Part shown: positions 48,003 through 61,840 of the stretch, one piece after another
How the letters are laid out: every line of letters starts with the position of its first letter
Position numbering within the stretch: the stretch's first letter is position 1
From: Cycas panzhihuaensis
Lineage: Eukaryota > Plantae > Cycadophyta
Direction of reading: 5' to 3'
NCBI GenBank assembly: GCA_023213395.1
Contig: CM041465.1
Coordinates: 224,075,741-224,139,740, forward strand
Length of the DNA: 64,000 nucleotides
Notes under the pieces: model-generated
Told to the model about the DNA's origin: nothing
Seen by the model: the letters and a program-made list of their open reading frames with translations, nothing else
The model's database searches: none
Translations under genes and position numbers: made by a program

Positions 48003-51000
48003 TGGTATTAGAGCTGATTGTGCTATGATTTAGAGTTTTTTATAGAAATATTGAGAAATGGAGGCATGTTCCTTCATAACGACACCCCATTTACTTTATT
48101 TCTTTATTTTTCTCTAAAAAATTAATGCATTCTACTATATTGATGTGAAGTTCAGCCATTTTCCAACATATATCAGCCTCTTACAATAGATTCTTAGGTT
48201 GTTTATAGCCACACTTGCTTAGGGTTCATTTTTTAAGCAAAAAATGGTGAAAAAGGCCTGTTTCCAAGCCTCTTCAACCCTAGATCTATACGTATATATC
48301 TTATAGAGCAATATTTTCCTCTATGGTAGTGTTAAAATTCAATCTCTACCTGCTAGAGTCTATTCATATGAGTTTCATCCCATCTTATGCTCATTTTTGC
48401 TCTATTTATCTCTCACAGCCCTCTTGCCTTCTCTAACTTATTCCCACTCATTCTAAGCCTATTTCTCTTTAAATTTGCATCCCCTTACCTCCTTAGACCT
48501 CTGCACCCCACCTCCATCATTTTTAGGATGAAATATTGAGATTACATGTGATTTTTTGCCTCTTGTTCTCTCCATGGGTTGCCTAACATCATGCGCAGGC
48601 CACGCATCTCACGATCATTATTTTCCTCAAAATTTTATCATTTTTATTCACTGAAATTTAACCTTAGTCACTTGAAATCAAATCTCATTTGATGTTTTCA
48701 CTTGAATTTGGCCTTTATCCCCTTTATTTAGCCTTTTGATTAATCATATGGCATTGATTTTTGATTAAAAAGGTAGATTTCAAAAGGCATTTAGCTAGTT
48801 TTAATTCTTTTTGCATATTAAAAAAGGATTAAATTATATTTAATAAAATTTCAGGTCCATAAGGCCCCTAACTACATTAGAAGGAGGTCATATGTAGTCT
48901 ACTAGCAATCGAGGGTTGCTCTGAAGGGGCTTAAGCCCATCTTCCTTTAGATTTTTCTCATAACAGGGTTCCTCCACTGTTTTGGCTATATCTTAATAAT
49001 TATAAATCTGATTTTCAAATTGTTTAGACCATTAAAAATAGGATTCAGTGCTCTATAATTTAGAACTAGATTAAGGTAGAGTTAAAACCATTTTGCAAAA
49101 GTTATAAGCTGCCAAAGTAGAGCTTGGTATTTGAGCATATTTAGGCTTTTTCGTCAAATTTTAAAGGTATATTTTAGTTTTTTAAAAGTTCATGTGCTAC
49201 TTTATGTTGTTGGCAAGCTTTAATTAGTTATTTAATTCTATTTTAAGGTAAAAAATGTATGGTGTTGGTTTTTTATAGATGTTGCTCTTGGAAGGTTGAT
49301 ATGATTCTCTCTTATGCATGACCTATGAAAGAGCACTATAAACCCATCTTTGGCTTTTCATTTCCTTCACTTTTATCTTTATTTTAGTTGTTTTGCCTTA
49401 AAAAAAAAAATGATTGTAATAATTTACCATAAAATTAATCTTCTTATATTATAAAAGATAATTTCCTAATTAATCACCATTTTTTTAACCTTGCATGGGG
49501 AATGGTTAGGACCCCTGAAGTTACCACCTCGCATATGCCATTAGTGTACTTTAATTTGCTGAGAAAACCATTAGCTATAAGGTGTAATAGATAGCAGGCT
49601 AAGGTATATACCTTTCCTATTAGAGTTTAGAGACTAGGCTAGACCTAGAAGGGGTGAGTGCCTCAATTAGTCAAGTTCTCACCACTAGATTTATCATTAG
49701 GCATAAGTCTGATGCAGGTAAGAAAATAAATCAAGGGGGTACTAGACCTTTATTGTATCCTACATACTTAGGTATTGAACCTTAAGCTCATGTACTAGTA
49801 TATCAGGTCCTTAGTTTCCTACTTCTGGGTAGGCGCTACTGGATAGGATAGTAACTAAGAACATTCTTGGAGACCCTTGAAACTTAGACTTCTAGATTAG
49901 TAGCCCCCTAGGTAGATTAGTTCACAAGCACAAAATCTTAAAGACATAAAACAAAATAAAAACTTAGAAAAAATAGCATCACAAATAATATTCTCTAAAA
50001 TAATTAAACTAAATGGTATCAACAATTTCATACCATGGAAAAAACAAGTTAAAACCTACTTATAATGAATGATTTTTAGGCCTATATCATTAGAGACATA
50101 TCCCTTTTTAAACCTATAACAGGTCTAAATGACTCCACTATAGTCATTCCACCTAATCTTTTAGCCTTAGCTAACTTCAAAGCTAAGGATGATTTTACCC
50201 TATCCTTCCTCCACTCGGTTGTTGAAGACCAAGTAGACTAAAATATCAAAATAGTCTAAACATCTCATGAGACATAGACCATACTTTATGCCCTCTATGA
50301 GAGAAAGGATGAATCTAGATCCTTAACCCTTAAGGCTTGTTTATTTATAATCTCTTTTACAGACAATATTATAAACTACTTGACTAAAGTTAAAACCATT
50401 AGAAACCAACTTATAATCCTAAGTGAACCACCTTCAGATCATGACTTAATCTGTAGCATCCTAAACATCTTATCTATAGAATATAACTCCTTTATCTTTA
50501 AACTACATGATAATTATTCAAAAATATATCTCATTACCTTTAATGGGCTTTTATTACAAGAAGATAATATACTCAATCAACTTAGGGTTATATTTATATC
50601 TGACTCAACCTTTGCCTTTGTAACCTATAATTAAAAAATAACAAGACTATCAATAGAGTAGCTTAATAGTTTAGTCAACACTAGAATCTAACTCAATAAT
50701 TGGACTCTCTTACCATCTCTTAAGAGCTACATTAGTAGCTAACTCAGTCATAGAAACAACTAGTTGGCACCTCCATCAATCCAAGTCAATGGCCTCAATA
50801 ATCCTAGCAACAATAATAGAATCAATCTTAAAAGAATCAACATAGTAGACCAAATATCGCTTGCCTTTACTATGGTAAAACTAGACCAATAGTTGTTGAA
50901 TATAGGAGATGTCAAGTTAATTCTCCTTATTATCAACAACTAGCCCCTTTTTACCAATGAGCACCCTCATATTAATAAGGAGATCCAAGTTACCCTCAAC

Positions 51001-51009
51001 AAAGATAAG

Positions 51010-51150
51010 GCTATCAATAAGGAGGATTATACCCTTCATAAGGAGCGCTTTATCCACAATAAAGAGGCCCTATTTTATAACAAGGAGGTCTCTATTTCCA
51101 ATAAGGTGGCTTTGTTTAATAGTAGGGAGGCCCTTACATAAGGAGGGCTA
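51010..51150 (+). repeat. 21-bp period tandem repeat in Copia D gag C-terminus
   Basis: aaggagg-like core recurs at 51019, 51040, 51061, 51082, 51103 and 51124. Confidence 0.8.
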
Positions 51151-53487
51151 TCATTTCAACCACAAGACTAATTCTACTAATAGAATTAGAATCCAAGGCC
51201 TACTCAAGGCCAAAGAATATAGAATAGGTAGTAGTTCCTAATAGAAATTAAAGGAACTGGTAAAATAATCAATCATAAGAAGGTAATAGGGAAAATAATT
51301 AGGATCCCTCCTCCTATAACCTATTTTTTGTAGCTCTTTTATCTTAACTTGATGAAAATTCTTGGCTTATAGACATAGGTACAATGAGATACATGACTAG
51401 TTTAAAGAAGATGTTTAAAGAGACCTACCCAATAAGCACCCAAACTATCACATTTGGTGAAAATTTGACTTATGATGTGACCAAAATTGGTAGGGCTCCA
51501 ATAGCCTTGAAAGATTCCAGTATCAGGCACCACATCAATAATATGTTTCCTATACTAGGAATGAAGATGAACTTGCTCTCTATTAGCTAGATGAATAAGT
51601 AGAATTTATATGTCCTCTTTAGCTAGGGCATTTGTAAAATCATAGATCATGCAATAGGTAAACTTGTGGCCATAGGAAATGAAAATGGTGGCTTATATAG
51701 GTTGGATGGTGTCCCCCTTGCCACTACTCAATAAAATGAATCCTACTCATTGCCCAATATAACTCAACTTGCTAAGGGGAAAGATGTAATTGTTGAATAG
51801 TCCCCTTATATTTAGAAACCAAGTGAATGCTTATATTCAAAGGACATTATCATCTCAAACAATACAAAAGACCAATTATGGCATCAAGGCCTTGGTCATT
51901 TAAATATACAAATCTTAAACCTTATGTCTAGGCTTCAAATAGTATATGGTTTACCAAACATTAAGAGATATAACAATATATGTGAGGCTTATCTCAAGGG
52001 AAAGTAGTAAAGCGAGAAATTCCCTTCTAAAAATGCATGGAGAGCCTCACAAATATTAGAGCTGATTCACTCAGATATTTGTAGGCCCATGTCAATACAA
52101 TCACTCAATGGGAGCCTATATTTCATCACCTTCATAGATGACTTCTCAAGAAAAGTGTGGGTCTACTTCTTGAGAAAGAAGTACCAAGCTCTAGACAAAT
52201 TCAAAGAGTTCAAAGTTGTAATTGAAAATGAAAGTGGTATGACAATCAAGACCCTTAAATCTAATAATGGTGGTGAGTATATCTCTAATTAGTTCAATAA
52301 CTTTTACAAGGAATATGATATCTAGCATTAATTTTTAACACCTCACACACCATAACAAAATAGTGTAGCTGAAAGGATGAATTAGGCATTGATAAACAAA
52401 AGAAAATCCATGCTTACTGATGTAAATCTTACCACCAAATTTTGGGTTGATGCCATAGCCATAATTTCATACCTAACCAACATAAATTTTATAGTTGTAG
52501 TTAGGAACATTACTCTTGAAGAAGCTTAGTCAGGTTAGAAACCAATAGTATCACACTTGAAGATTTTTTTATGCATGGTATATAAACTTATTCTAAAGGA
52601 CAGTAGAAAGAAGCTTAATGACAAGAACTCGAAATGCATCTTCCTTAGCTATGCACCTAGTTGTAAAGCCTATAAAGTATTTGACATAATTATGAGCCAC
52701 ACTTACATAACATGTAATGTCATATTTGTAGAAGATACATAGGACCTGACTCCGCTTTAACCTCAATTTGTAGTTTTATATGAAGTTGGTACATCTCCCG
52801 TGACTCTTAAACAAATTCAGAAGCCACTAGTACTAGCCTCCTCATACACTCCAGGTCCTTCATCAATTCTAACAGCATCCACACTAATAACATAAGCAAG
52901 CATAACCTTATCACTAAGTTTAATTAATGACCTTCTAGTAGAAGCTACCAACATTCAACTACATCCTAAGTGGGTACAATAATTATTAAAGGATGCTCTT
53001 CCTCCTCTGACAACTACCAAAAAGGCTTTAAAAAATAAGACACTTTATGAATTTTGCCTTTATGGCACATGTCCTAGAAACATCTAAGTCTTCAACGTTT
53101 GAGGAGGCAGTTGAAGACCAAACATTGAAAGCAACTATGGATGAAAAGATGAACTCTATCATAAGAAATAACACTTGGAAGTTGATAGATGTACCACTTG
53201 GAAAGAAGCTAGTTAACTGTAGAAGGCTTTATAAAGCAAGATTTCATTCCAATGATCCTATTGAGTGTCATAAAGGTCACCTAGTATTAAAGAGTGCCTT
53301 CTTAAATGGAAAGCTCATAAATAAAGGTCACTTGTAACAACCTCTTGATGGCTTCATCAACTGAGTTCACTGACTAGCTGAGGACTAAGTTGTAGATATA
53401 TTCACTAAAGCACTTGGTAAACCAAAGTTTAAGTAGTTTTGATACAACCTTGACATCAAAAGAAATGAAACTACTATTAAGGAAGGG

Positions 53488-53879
53488 TATTAAAAATATG
53501 TACTATTATCTTCATTTCTTTATATTCTATATTAATTTTATATTTATTATATAATCCTAAGGTAAACCTAATGTAAATTTAATCATATTATATAGTTTGG
53601 TTAGCTCCATTGCATGTGCCACTTAGTCGACCAATTATAATTCTCAAAATATTAATGGGTTGCTTATAAATTGAGCCTTGTATCACTATTTTATGTATAA
53701 TATTAAAGGTTATGTAGAAGCTCTACCCAAATTATGCCTCATGTGATGATAAATTCACCTATGCTCTTTAATATACTATTGTTCTACTTGTGTTCTACTT
53801 ATTTCCTATATTATTTTATTAATTTATATTGATACTTGATGAGTAGTACATGATTTTTAAATCCTAGTGTTCTTTAGAA
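53488..53879 (+). repeat. 3' LTR of Copia D (392 bp)
   Basis: Preceded by PPT; colinear with the 5' LTR. Confidence 0.9.
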
Positions 53880-53977
53880 TTTAGTGCAAACTTTTGGTGC
53901 CTATTTTTGGGTTTATTTGCTATACATTTCAATTTTTTGATCAGGTATAAAGAATTCCTAAAAGGAATCATATTAAG

Positions 53978-53989
53978 TGGTATCAGAGC
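53978..53989 (+). promoter_or_regulatory. tRNA-iMet primer-binding site of Gypsy C
   Basis: Exact TGGTATCAGAGC, 2 nt after the LTR end. Confidence 0.9.
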
Positions 53990-56900
53990 CACATACGTGA
54001 TTGTGGGAAGCAACTCGATAGAAAAATTGAGATTTTTTTTTTTCTCTACCAAATCGAGTACTCTCTCTACCTAAGTAGATATTGAAAAAAGACCTTTTCT
54101 TAGTACACTCTCTATAGAGATTGAGGAACAAAATCGACACCACTTAAGAGTCGTAAGAGAAGGAAATTTTCTTTCCCTAGGTAACACCTAGCATTTAAAT
54201 TTTTTTCCTTTTATTTATTTATTTTTTTAATTATTTATTTTTATTTTTGTGTTGGTCCAAGGGTAGATAACTCTACTTAGCAGCAACTCTTTTTTCTTCT
54301 TCCTACCTCTCTTTCTCGGGTAGATGACTCTACATGGTAGCTACCCAAGTAGTTAGGCAGAGACCCTATATAGAGGGGTCTTTAAAATTTATATGGATCA
54401 ATCATTTTTGCTAAGTGTATCATTACTTTTCTACCCCTTACATAAAAGACTAGAGATAACACTCCTGATTTAAGCACTAAATAGAACCTGGTTATGGAAT
54501 TGTACCTCCACATACCTTTAGGTATATAGGAGGACCTTTATAGGTTCTAAAGCTTTCCTAGCATAAGCAACCTACTGGTTGTTGAAGTCCTATAGTGCAA
54601 TGGTTAGCAGTTAGTTCCACGAAGCTACCTACCCCAAAGTTTTGCATAAGAAGTTTATTGGTAGGCCTATAAGGCCAAACACACCTTGTTTAGTGGTTAG
54701 TAGGACACCTTATATTACTTACATCCTATCTCACTTTTTTATTTAGATCATACACCATAGTATTTAAAGTAAAGAAAAAAAAGAAAGAACTCTAATTTCT
54801 AAAATACTTCCTAAATTTAGAAACTATAAGTATAGTTAGGCTTATATTTTAAAAAGAAAAAAAGGAGAAAAATAAAAAGAAAAAGAAAAAAAAGAAAGAA
54901 AAAATAGACTAAAAAAAGAGAAAAAACTCCACTTAGTCATGCTTTACAACACTCTTCTATAACAAAGAAAAAATACCATTAAAATTCATATACCTTAGTT
55001 CGATTAGTATGCCATGCTGGTCATTTTACACTACGATAGTTTTTATAGTCACTTTTTATGTTTATGAGTACCCAAGTCACATGTGGGCTATGTTGGAAAA
55101 ATAGATTCACTTAAAACTCACTTATCCTATCTCGATGGGCTTTTCATGCTTATTTTGGTACATTAGGTGAGTCCATTGTACTTTGGGATCAACTAGCTAT
55201 AGACACTCTTTCCCCTCTACCCCCTTCTCATCCCCTCACTTAATCTCCATCTTCTTTAAATCCCCTTCTTCCTATCAATCCCCACTTTGTCATTTCATTC
55301 TTTCTTCTTCTTCCCACTTTATATAATCCCCTTCTTCTATCTAATCCCATTTTGATTAGTCCTCTTCTCTTATGCAAGCTAGTATTCACAATCAATGATG
55401 GAAACCAAATATGCTGATAAAATCTAACAACTTAAAAGTAATCTCACATCCATTAAGGATGAGTTCCATAATATGTAGGAACAACTTAGTAATAATAATG
55501 ACCAAAATGCAAAAGAATTTATAGCCCTAAAAAATAAATTCTCAAGTATTAAACTTGAACTTGCAAGATCCTCATATCTACTCTAACAAATTATCAACTA
55601 AGTATGTGCTTCAAATTTAATAGGGCTAACCAATCAATAGTAGATGCTATCACCTTCTCTATTTTAGAGTTATTCACGACAGTTACCCTTCCCTTATAAG
55701 ATCAACATCCCCATTTTTTATCTAGAGTTAGATAAAGGCAATGCAAAGAGTTGGATTAGCAAGTTAGAATCACATTTCTAACTCCACCCCATGCTGATTA
55801 ATGACTAGCTTACCTTTGCATCTATCCATCTTGATGGGAAGGCTCATCATTAGTTTCAATGGTGGTCAAAAGAATACCTTGCAAATCAATCTTAGGATTA
55901 ATTCTATAAAAGTTTCTTTGAGCAATATGAGGACACATGGAACTAAAACGTTTTTAACGAGCTTACTCAACTAAAATAGTCCTCGATAATTGAAGCTTTT
56001 GCCAATGAGTTTCAAGCTCTTTAGAATAAGGTCAATATATAGCTCAATCAATCCACCCTAGTCAAAATCTATATAGTTAGTCTCAAAGAATGTATGTATA
56101 TGTACTTGAAAACATCCCCACTAAACACTTTAGGATGGGCTATAACCATAGCAAAAAGTAGTCGAAGCAAAATTTATACTTAAGGGTACTTTCACTTCTC
56201 GATGGGATACACCTTGGTACCCATGCTCCCACCTAACAAACACATAATGACCTTGACCTTGGTAGAAGGATCATCGAGATAATCGCCCCATAATAGAATG
56301 CCCTATCACAAAATGACTACTAGCTAAATAAACTATAGGGTTCAAGTGAATGACTATCATTGAAGCCAACAGACATCGACAAGTGGGCCTTTGCATCTAA
56401 TGTGCAAAGAAATGAACTTTCAAACATGATAAGGTCTATAAAGCTAAATGTATGGTCTTCACTATTGATTCTATAACCTTGATTGATGGAGATCTAAATA
56501 TAGACATTAAGCCTAAGGAAGACCTTGCCATTGATTCTCCCATAGACCTTGAACCTAAACCTAAGGTTTCTCTTTCTATTATTTCCTTGACTTATCTAAT
56601 CTATGCCATGTCCTAAACCACTCACATTAAAGGTATATTAAAGAAGATCCCTATAACCATCCTTATTGATGGTGGCATATTGCTTAACTTCATCGATATC
56701 TCCTTGGCTAGATAGCTTAACCTATATATAGTACCAAAAATTGGGTTCACCTACTCTTTACTAGGGCACTACAAACTCCATTGTGTAGGCCTTATTAAAA
56801 CTCTCCACGTTTAAATTGGCACATGTCAACTAGATTATGATTTTTATGCCATTTCTATAGGCAAATATAATACCATCCTAAGAGTTTAATGGCTCTAAAC

Positions 56901-59900
56901 CCTTAGTATATATAGTACTAATAATTCAACCACCAACCCATTCATTCTATTCAAAGACTACTTTAGACAAACCCATAAATTACATGGACTCCAACCATCT
57001 CCCAATCAACTCTTAACCTTGAAATGAATGATCTGATAATTAAATAATAACATTAATTACATAATTTACTTCAATAATATTCAACCTCAAATTAGCATTC
57101 ACCTTGACATCTAACCCATCCTCACCAAGTATCAATCTATCTTTGACTCACTTCCTAGTAGCCCCCCCCAGACTAAGGTTTCCACCATACCATCAAGCTT
57201 AATAACCCCCATAACCCCATTATCCTATGACCATATTGTAACTCCTACTTTAAAAAAAATACAATTGAACATATTACAATAGAACTTATGGACATAGGAA
57301 TAATTCAACCTAGTAAAAGCCCTTACGTATCCCCCATCATGCTTGTTTAGAAAAGGATGACTCATTTTGCCTCTACATCGATTATCGAGAGCTTAACAAA
57401 CTAATAATTAAAAATAAATTTCCCACTCCTCACATCGATGATATATTAGATGGAATTTATAGGGTCACTTGTTTTTCCAAATTGGACCTCCAATTGAGAT
57501 ACTATCATATCCCCATTGCCCTTGAAGATCGTCATAAAACTACTTTTTGAAGACACCATGGGTATTTTAATTTTTAGGTTATACCCTTCAGATTATACAA
57601 TGCCCCAGCCACATTTCAAGGCCTAATGAACAAGATCTTTGGTGACTGCCTTTTCAAGTTTATCATTATCTTTTTTGATAATATCCTTATCTATAGTTTC
57701 TACATGTCTGCCCATCTACAACATTTGGAAATTGCCCTTTAACTTCTCTCCCAGCATAAACTTTATGCTAAATTGACTAAGCATAAATTTGGGAAGATTA
57801 AACTCTAATATTTGGGCCATATCATCTTGGTAGAAGGTGTCTGAGTAGACCTTGATAAAAGTTTATCCATTATCATATGGCCCACCCCCAAGACTTTCAC
57901 TTAACTACAAGCTTTCCTTGGACTCACAGGCTTTTATCACTGATTCATTAAAAATTATACTTTCATTACCATACCCCTAACCAATTTGCTTTTTAAGGAC
58001 TCCTTTTAGTGGTCCCCTAATGTTGACGATGCCTTTAACCATCTCAAATTGCTCATGTCCACTACCATTGTATTGAACACCCTAGACTTTTCCAAACCAT
58101 TTCAACTTGAATGTAATGCATCTAGTGTAAGCTTAGGAGCTACCCTCATGTAGGATTTTCATCCAATTACCTTTGAAAGTTGAAAGTTAAAAGACCACAA
58201 ATGCTAAATTTTAACTTACCAAAAAGAAATGAAGGCCATCTTCTATGTAATTAATAAGTAACATCAATATTTACTAGGATCTAAATTCATTATTTTAATC
58301 AACCACTATAGTCCATGTCACCTCCTTGATTAACTTGTCCTTTTTGAAGAGCAAGTAAAGTGGGTTGATCACCTCCAAGTATTTGACTTTACTATATCTT
58401 ATAAAAAGGGCAAAGAAAATGTTATAGATGATACTCTCTCTCATCTCCCTTCATACCCTTTTGAGCCCATCCTATAAGCCATCTCTTCCCCTTAACCTAT
58501 GTGGCTCTAAGAATTAGCTGATGACAACCAATCCTAACCCGATTATAGTAAGTGGTCCTCAGAAATTCTCACTTAGAAGGATTGGACCTTGCACAACACC
58601 CATCTTCTCTACAAAAATTGAATCTTTATCTATCCATCCTCTCCCTTCATTCCTCGTATCTTGATCAAGTACCACGCTACCCCCTTAGGAGGTCACTTGG
58701 GTTTTGATAAAAACTAGTGTTGCATTTGCTTTGACTTTTACTAGCCTCAAATGAAATCTTCTATACTAACTTTCATAGAAAAATGTGACATGTTCTAATG
58801 TAAAAAGGTAGACATGAAGGCTTGGCTTGGGATCCTCTAACCCCTTTAAATCCTAAAAGAAAAATGGCAAGATATTGCCATGGACTTCATCACAGGTCTT
58901 CAACCCTTAGTTAGAAATGACTCCATTTAGGTAATCATTAATCGACTAACAAAATATGCACACTTTCTACCAATCCACACATCCTAGCAAGCCCCTCACC
59001 TGGTTGACCTCTATATCTAATTTATTTTTTGCCTCTATGATTTTTTGTCCATTATAGTTTATGACCAAGATCCCAAATTCACATCTTCCTTTTGGAAATA
59101 ATTCTTTCATCCAATTAGCACCTCCTTCAATACGAGTTCGCATACCACCCCTAGAAAAATAGTTAATCAGAGGTCCTCAATTGAACCTTAGAGATATATC
59201 TCTGTTGTTTTTCATCTAAACATAAGAAATGATGGATCTCCTAGTTAGCTTTAATAGAATATTAGTATAACTTTTCCCATCACTCTATAATTGGCTTTTC
59301 CCATCACTCTATAATTGGCATGTTCCCATTCATGGCCTTTTATAGTTATCCCCCATTATCCTACCATACATTGGCAACTAACCTATATATAGCCTCGATA
59401 CAACATAAATTGTAAAACATGGACCAAATTCTAAATAAACACAAATAAAGTTTAGCTATGGCTTAGAATCACATGAAGCAGCTTGTTGACCGCCACTACT
59501 TTAATCAAAATATTTCCATTGGTTATATGGTTTTTATTCACCTCTAACCCTATAAGTACCAGTCACTTCATCATAACATAAGCCATAAACTTAGTCCTCA
59601 ATACTATGGTTCCTATAAGGTTAGCCAACATATTGGGGAAGTTGCATATGCCCTTGAACTCCCTTTTGATACTAAGATCTATAATATTTTCCATGTATTA
59701 TACTTAAAAACCTCTTTAGCAAGTGTAGTCCTATAAAGCACTCTCATAATCCTCATTAAAGAATAACTCCTAATCATTCCTCTAGATTATATCTTTAAAA
59801 CTAGACATTATCATCTCTAGAATAAAACCATTTCTAAGGACTTGGTGTAATGAACCAATAATATACTAGAGGAAGCAACATAGGAACTAGATGAATTCAT

Positions 59901-59957
59901 CAAACAACACCCATATCTATTATGCTACAGTGACTCAGCGCCTTAACATATAGGACC

Positions 59958-60302
59958 TGTTACATAACCACTAGTGGTTGGTAGAACCCTTATGAAGGTA
60001 CTTTTCGCTAGTAAATGATAGATGTTAATATTAACTATTAAAAGGTATGTGTGGGCTACTTGGAGCCACTAATGAAAATAAAGGTTAAATGCCTATCTAA
60101 TAAGATTCATAGACTAAACAATCATTTTGCTTATTTAAGGCCTTATGGATATAAAAGAAGCTAGTTTTTTTATTGAAAAATTATTACCACCTATTTGGTA
60201 CAAACTTTTGGTGCCCATTTTTGTGTCCATTTATGCTCTGTTTATGCTCTATGTTTTTATTTTCTACTAAGGTATAAGGAATTCTCGAAAGGAATAATAT
60301 TA
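59958..60302 (+). repeat. 3' LTR of Gypsy C (~345 bp, uninterrupted)
   Basis: Equals 47372-47612 joined to 53885-53975 across a single TTTGG. Confidence 0.9.
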
Positions 60303-60580
60303 ATGTGTGTGTGTATATATATATATTTATTTATTTATTATTATTATTTTTTTTTTGTATGTATGTGTGTGTATTTATATACATATATGTATGTGTATAT
60401 ATATACATATATAGATATATATGTAGATATATACATACATAGATACATACATATATATATATATATAGATATATACACATACACATACACACACATACAC
60501 ACATACACACACACACATATAGATATATAGATATAGATATATGCATACATACACACAAACAGATATAATATATGTATAGA
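60303..60580. repeat. Degenerate TA/TG/CA microsatellite on the right flank of Gypsy C
   Basis: Seen directly. Confidence 0.85.
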
Positions 60581-61309
60581 TATATTCAAGACTATAGATT
60601 CGTACCAACAAAAGAAGCATTTATTAAAAACATACTTGAAACCATGCCAAAAAATAAGATTTAGAGTAACCTCTGTAATTATCATGTTAGAAAGATAAAA
60701 ATATTAAGGTAAAATATGTAATACATATGAGGTGAAATGTACTATAAATATGTATTCTTACCTATTGCAACAATTTAGAGATGATCATTTCCCACAAGCT
60801 TTGTTGTATTTTGTACCTATGCATACTTCATCTTTTATTTATATTTTACTATTATACATTTTAACATGATATTAGAGAAATATTTTAATAGCATTCACTT
60901 GAAAAAATTAAGTAGACACATGAAAAGTTCCTTAAGAGAGCTCCAAGAACAAAATTAAGGTGTTTAAACTTTCCTCTTCAATTATGCTAGTTAATGCAAA
61001 AAACCCATCTGTGGTGGATATAGCAACTATGAAAATACCAAAAGTAAAAAATTTAGGCCCTTATCCCTAGGGGGTCAACACTAGTACTTTTGTGAATAAC
61101 AATTGCTTAATCCCTCATATTTCTTCCTTTCCTATACCAATAGCATTTAATGTTGTATTAGCTACATCTAATATTCTTACAGGCTTGGAAGGTAATAGTT
61201 TTGATGTAGATACCTCACAATCTATAACTTCAAGTAAAAGTTCATTTGTTATTCACAACCTATTATTCTACATGTATAAATTCCATTAGGTAGAATGGGA
61301 AGTTTAATT

Positions 61310-61681
61310 TTTTTGGTTATAGAGTTTCTAACTACCTCCTCTAGTTTAGTAATTTCAATATATTTGCTAAGTTCATCTATAACACCAATCTCTTTAGAAA
61401 ACTTGACATTTAATCCTCATGCAAAGGAATTCAAACTTAATCCAAATGCAAAGAGTTTTACTCCATGTTTTATTAGCCTAAGACCATTATCTCTTATGGA
61501 TCAACGTCCTTTATTTATGCCAAATAGTATTCCTGTAGTTACACATATGTAAGATTTAATAGTAGGGCTCAGGAAAGGTCCCTTGATATAATTGTTAACA
61601 TAACCTATCAAGTTTAGAAAATGCAACAATGTAATGGCCACCTCTAGAGTGATAACTATTGTATATATGTAGCCTAAAGGT
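61310..61681 (+). pseudogene. Ataxin-2-like CID3/CID4 fragment with tandem PAM2 motifs
   Basis: ENLTFNPHAKEFKLNPNAKSFTP (PAM2 core 61409-61465) compared with plant CID3/4 EKSTLNPxAKEFKLNPNAKSFxP, followed by SLRP...VTHM*DLIVG..GP. Stops are TAA/TAG. Confidence 0.8.
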
Positions 61682-61840
61682 ACTTATAGGTCTCTCTATA
61701 TAGTCAACTATCAAAATTCTGCTAAGGCAATAACTAGTAGAGCTTTAGAGATGTTGAATTTTACTCCTATTAATAGGAAACCTATCCAAATTATGTATTC
61801 ACATTAGGATCCTAATATCCATAAAAGTAGAAGCAACATT
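61682..61840 (+). pseudogene. Cytoplasmic poly(A)-binding protein RRM1 C-terminal fragment
   Basis: TYRSLYIVNY...RALEMLNFTPINRKPIQIMYSH*DPNIHKSRSNI compared with plant PABP TRRSLGYAYVNY...RALEMLNFTPxNGKPIRIMYSHRDPSIRKSGxxNI. Confidence 0.85.

Larger units (their letters stand above)
47613..53879 (+). mobile_element. Ty1/Copia LTR retrotransposon D (decayed, RT/RNase H internally deleted)
   Basis: LTRs at 47613-48002 and 53488-53879. TSD TTTGG (47608-47612) / TTTAG (53880-53884). PBS at 48003-48014, PPT aaggaaggg. Gag, protease WLIDIG, integrase YFITFIDDFSRKVWVYFL...KSNNGGEY, RT start, and RNase H tail DIFTKAL. Confidence 0.9.
47372..60302 (+). mobile_element. Chromoviral Gypsy LTR retrotransposon C (complete domain set, decayed), host of Copia D
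   Basis: LTRs at 47372-47612+53885-53975 and 59958-60302. TSD ATGTA/ATGTG. Perfect PBS TGGTATCAGAGC at 53978-53989. Domain order gag (~55690-56150), protease (ILIDGG, ~56660), RT (IDYRELNK...FFDNILIYS, ~57280-57830), RNase H (~58080-58440), integrase (~58680-59350), chromodomain (~59780-59890). Confidence 0.9.

Noticed and set aside
50957-51241. 94-aa Arg/Ile-rich ORF
   Set aside because: Alternative frame of the 21-bp gag repeat; the Gln/Gly frame is the more plausible ancestral one.
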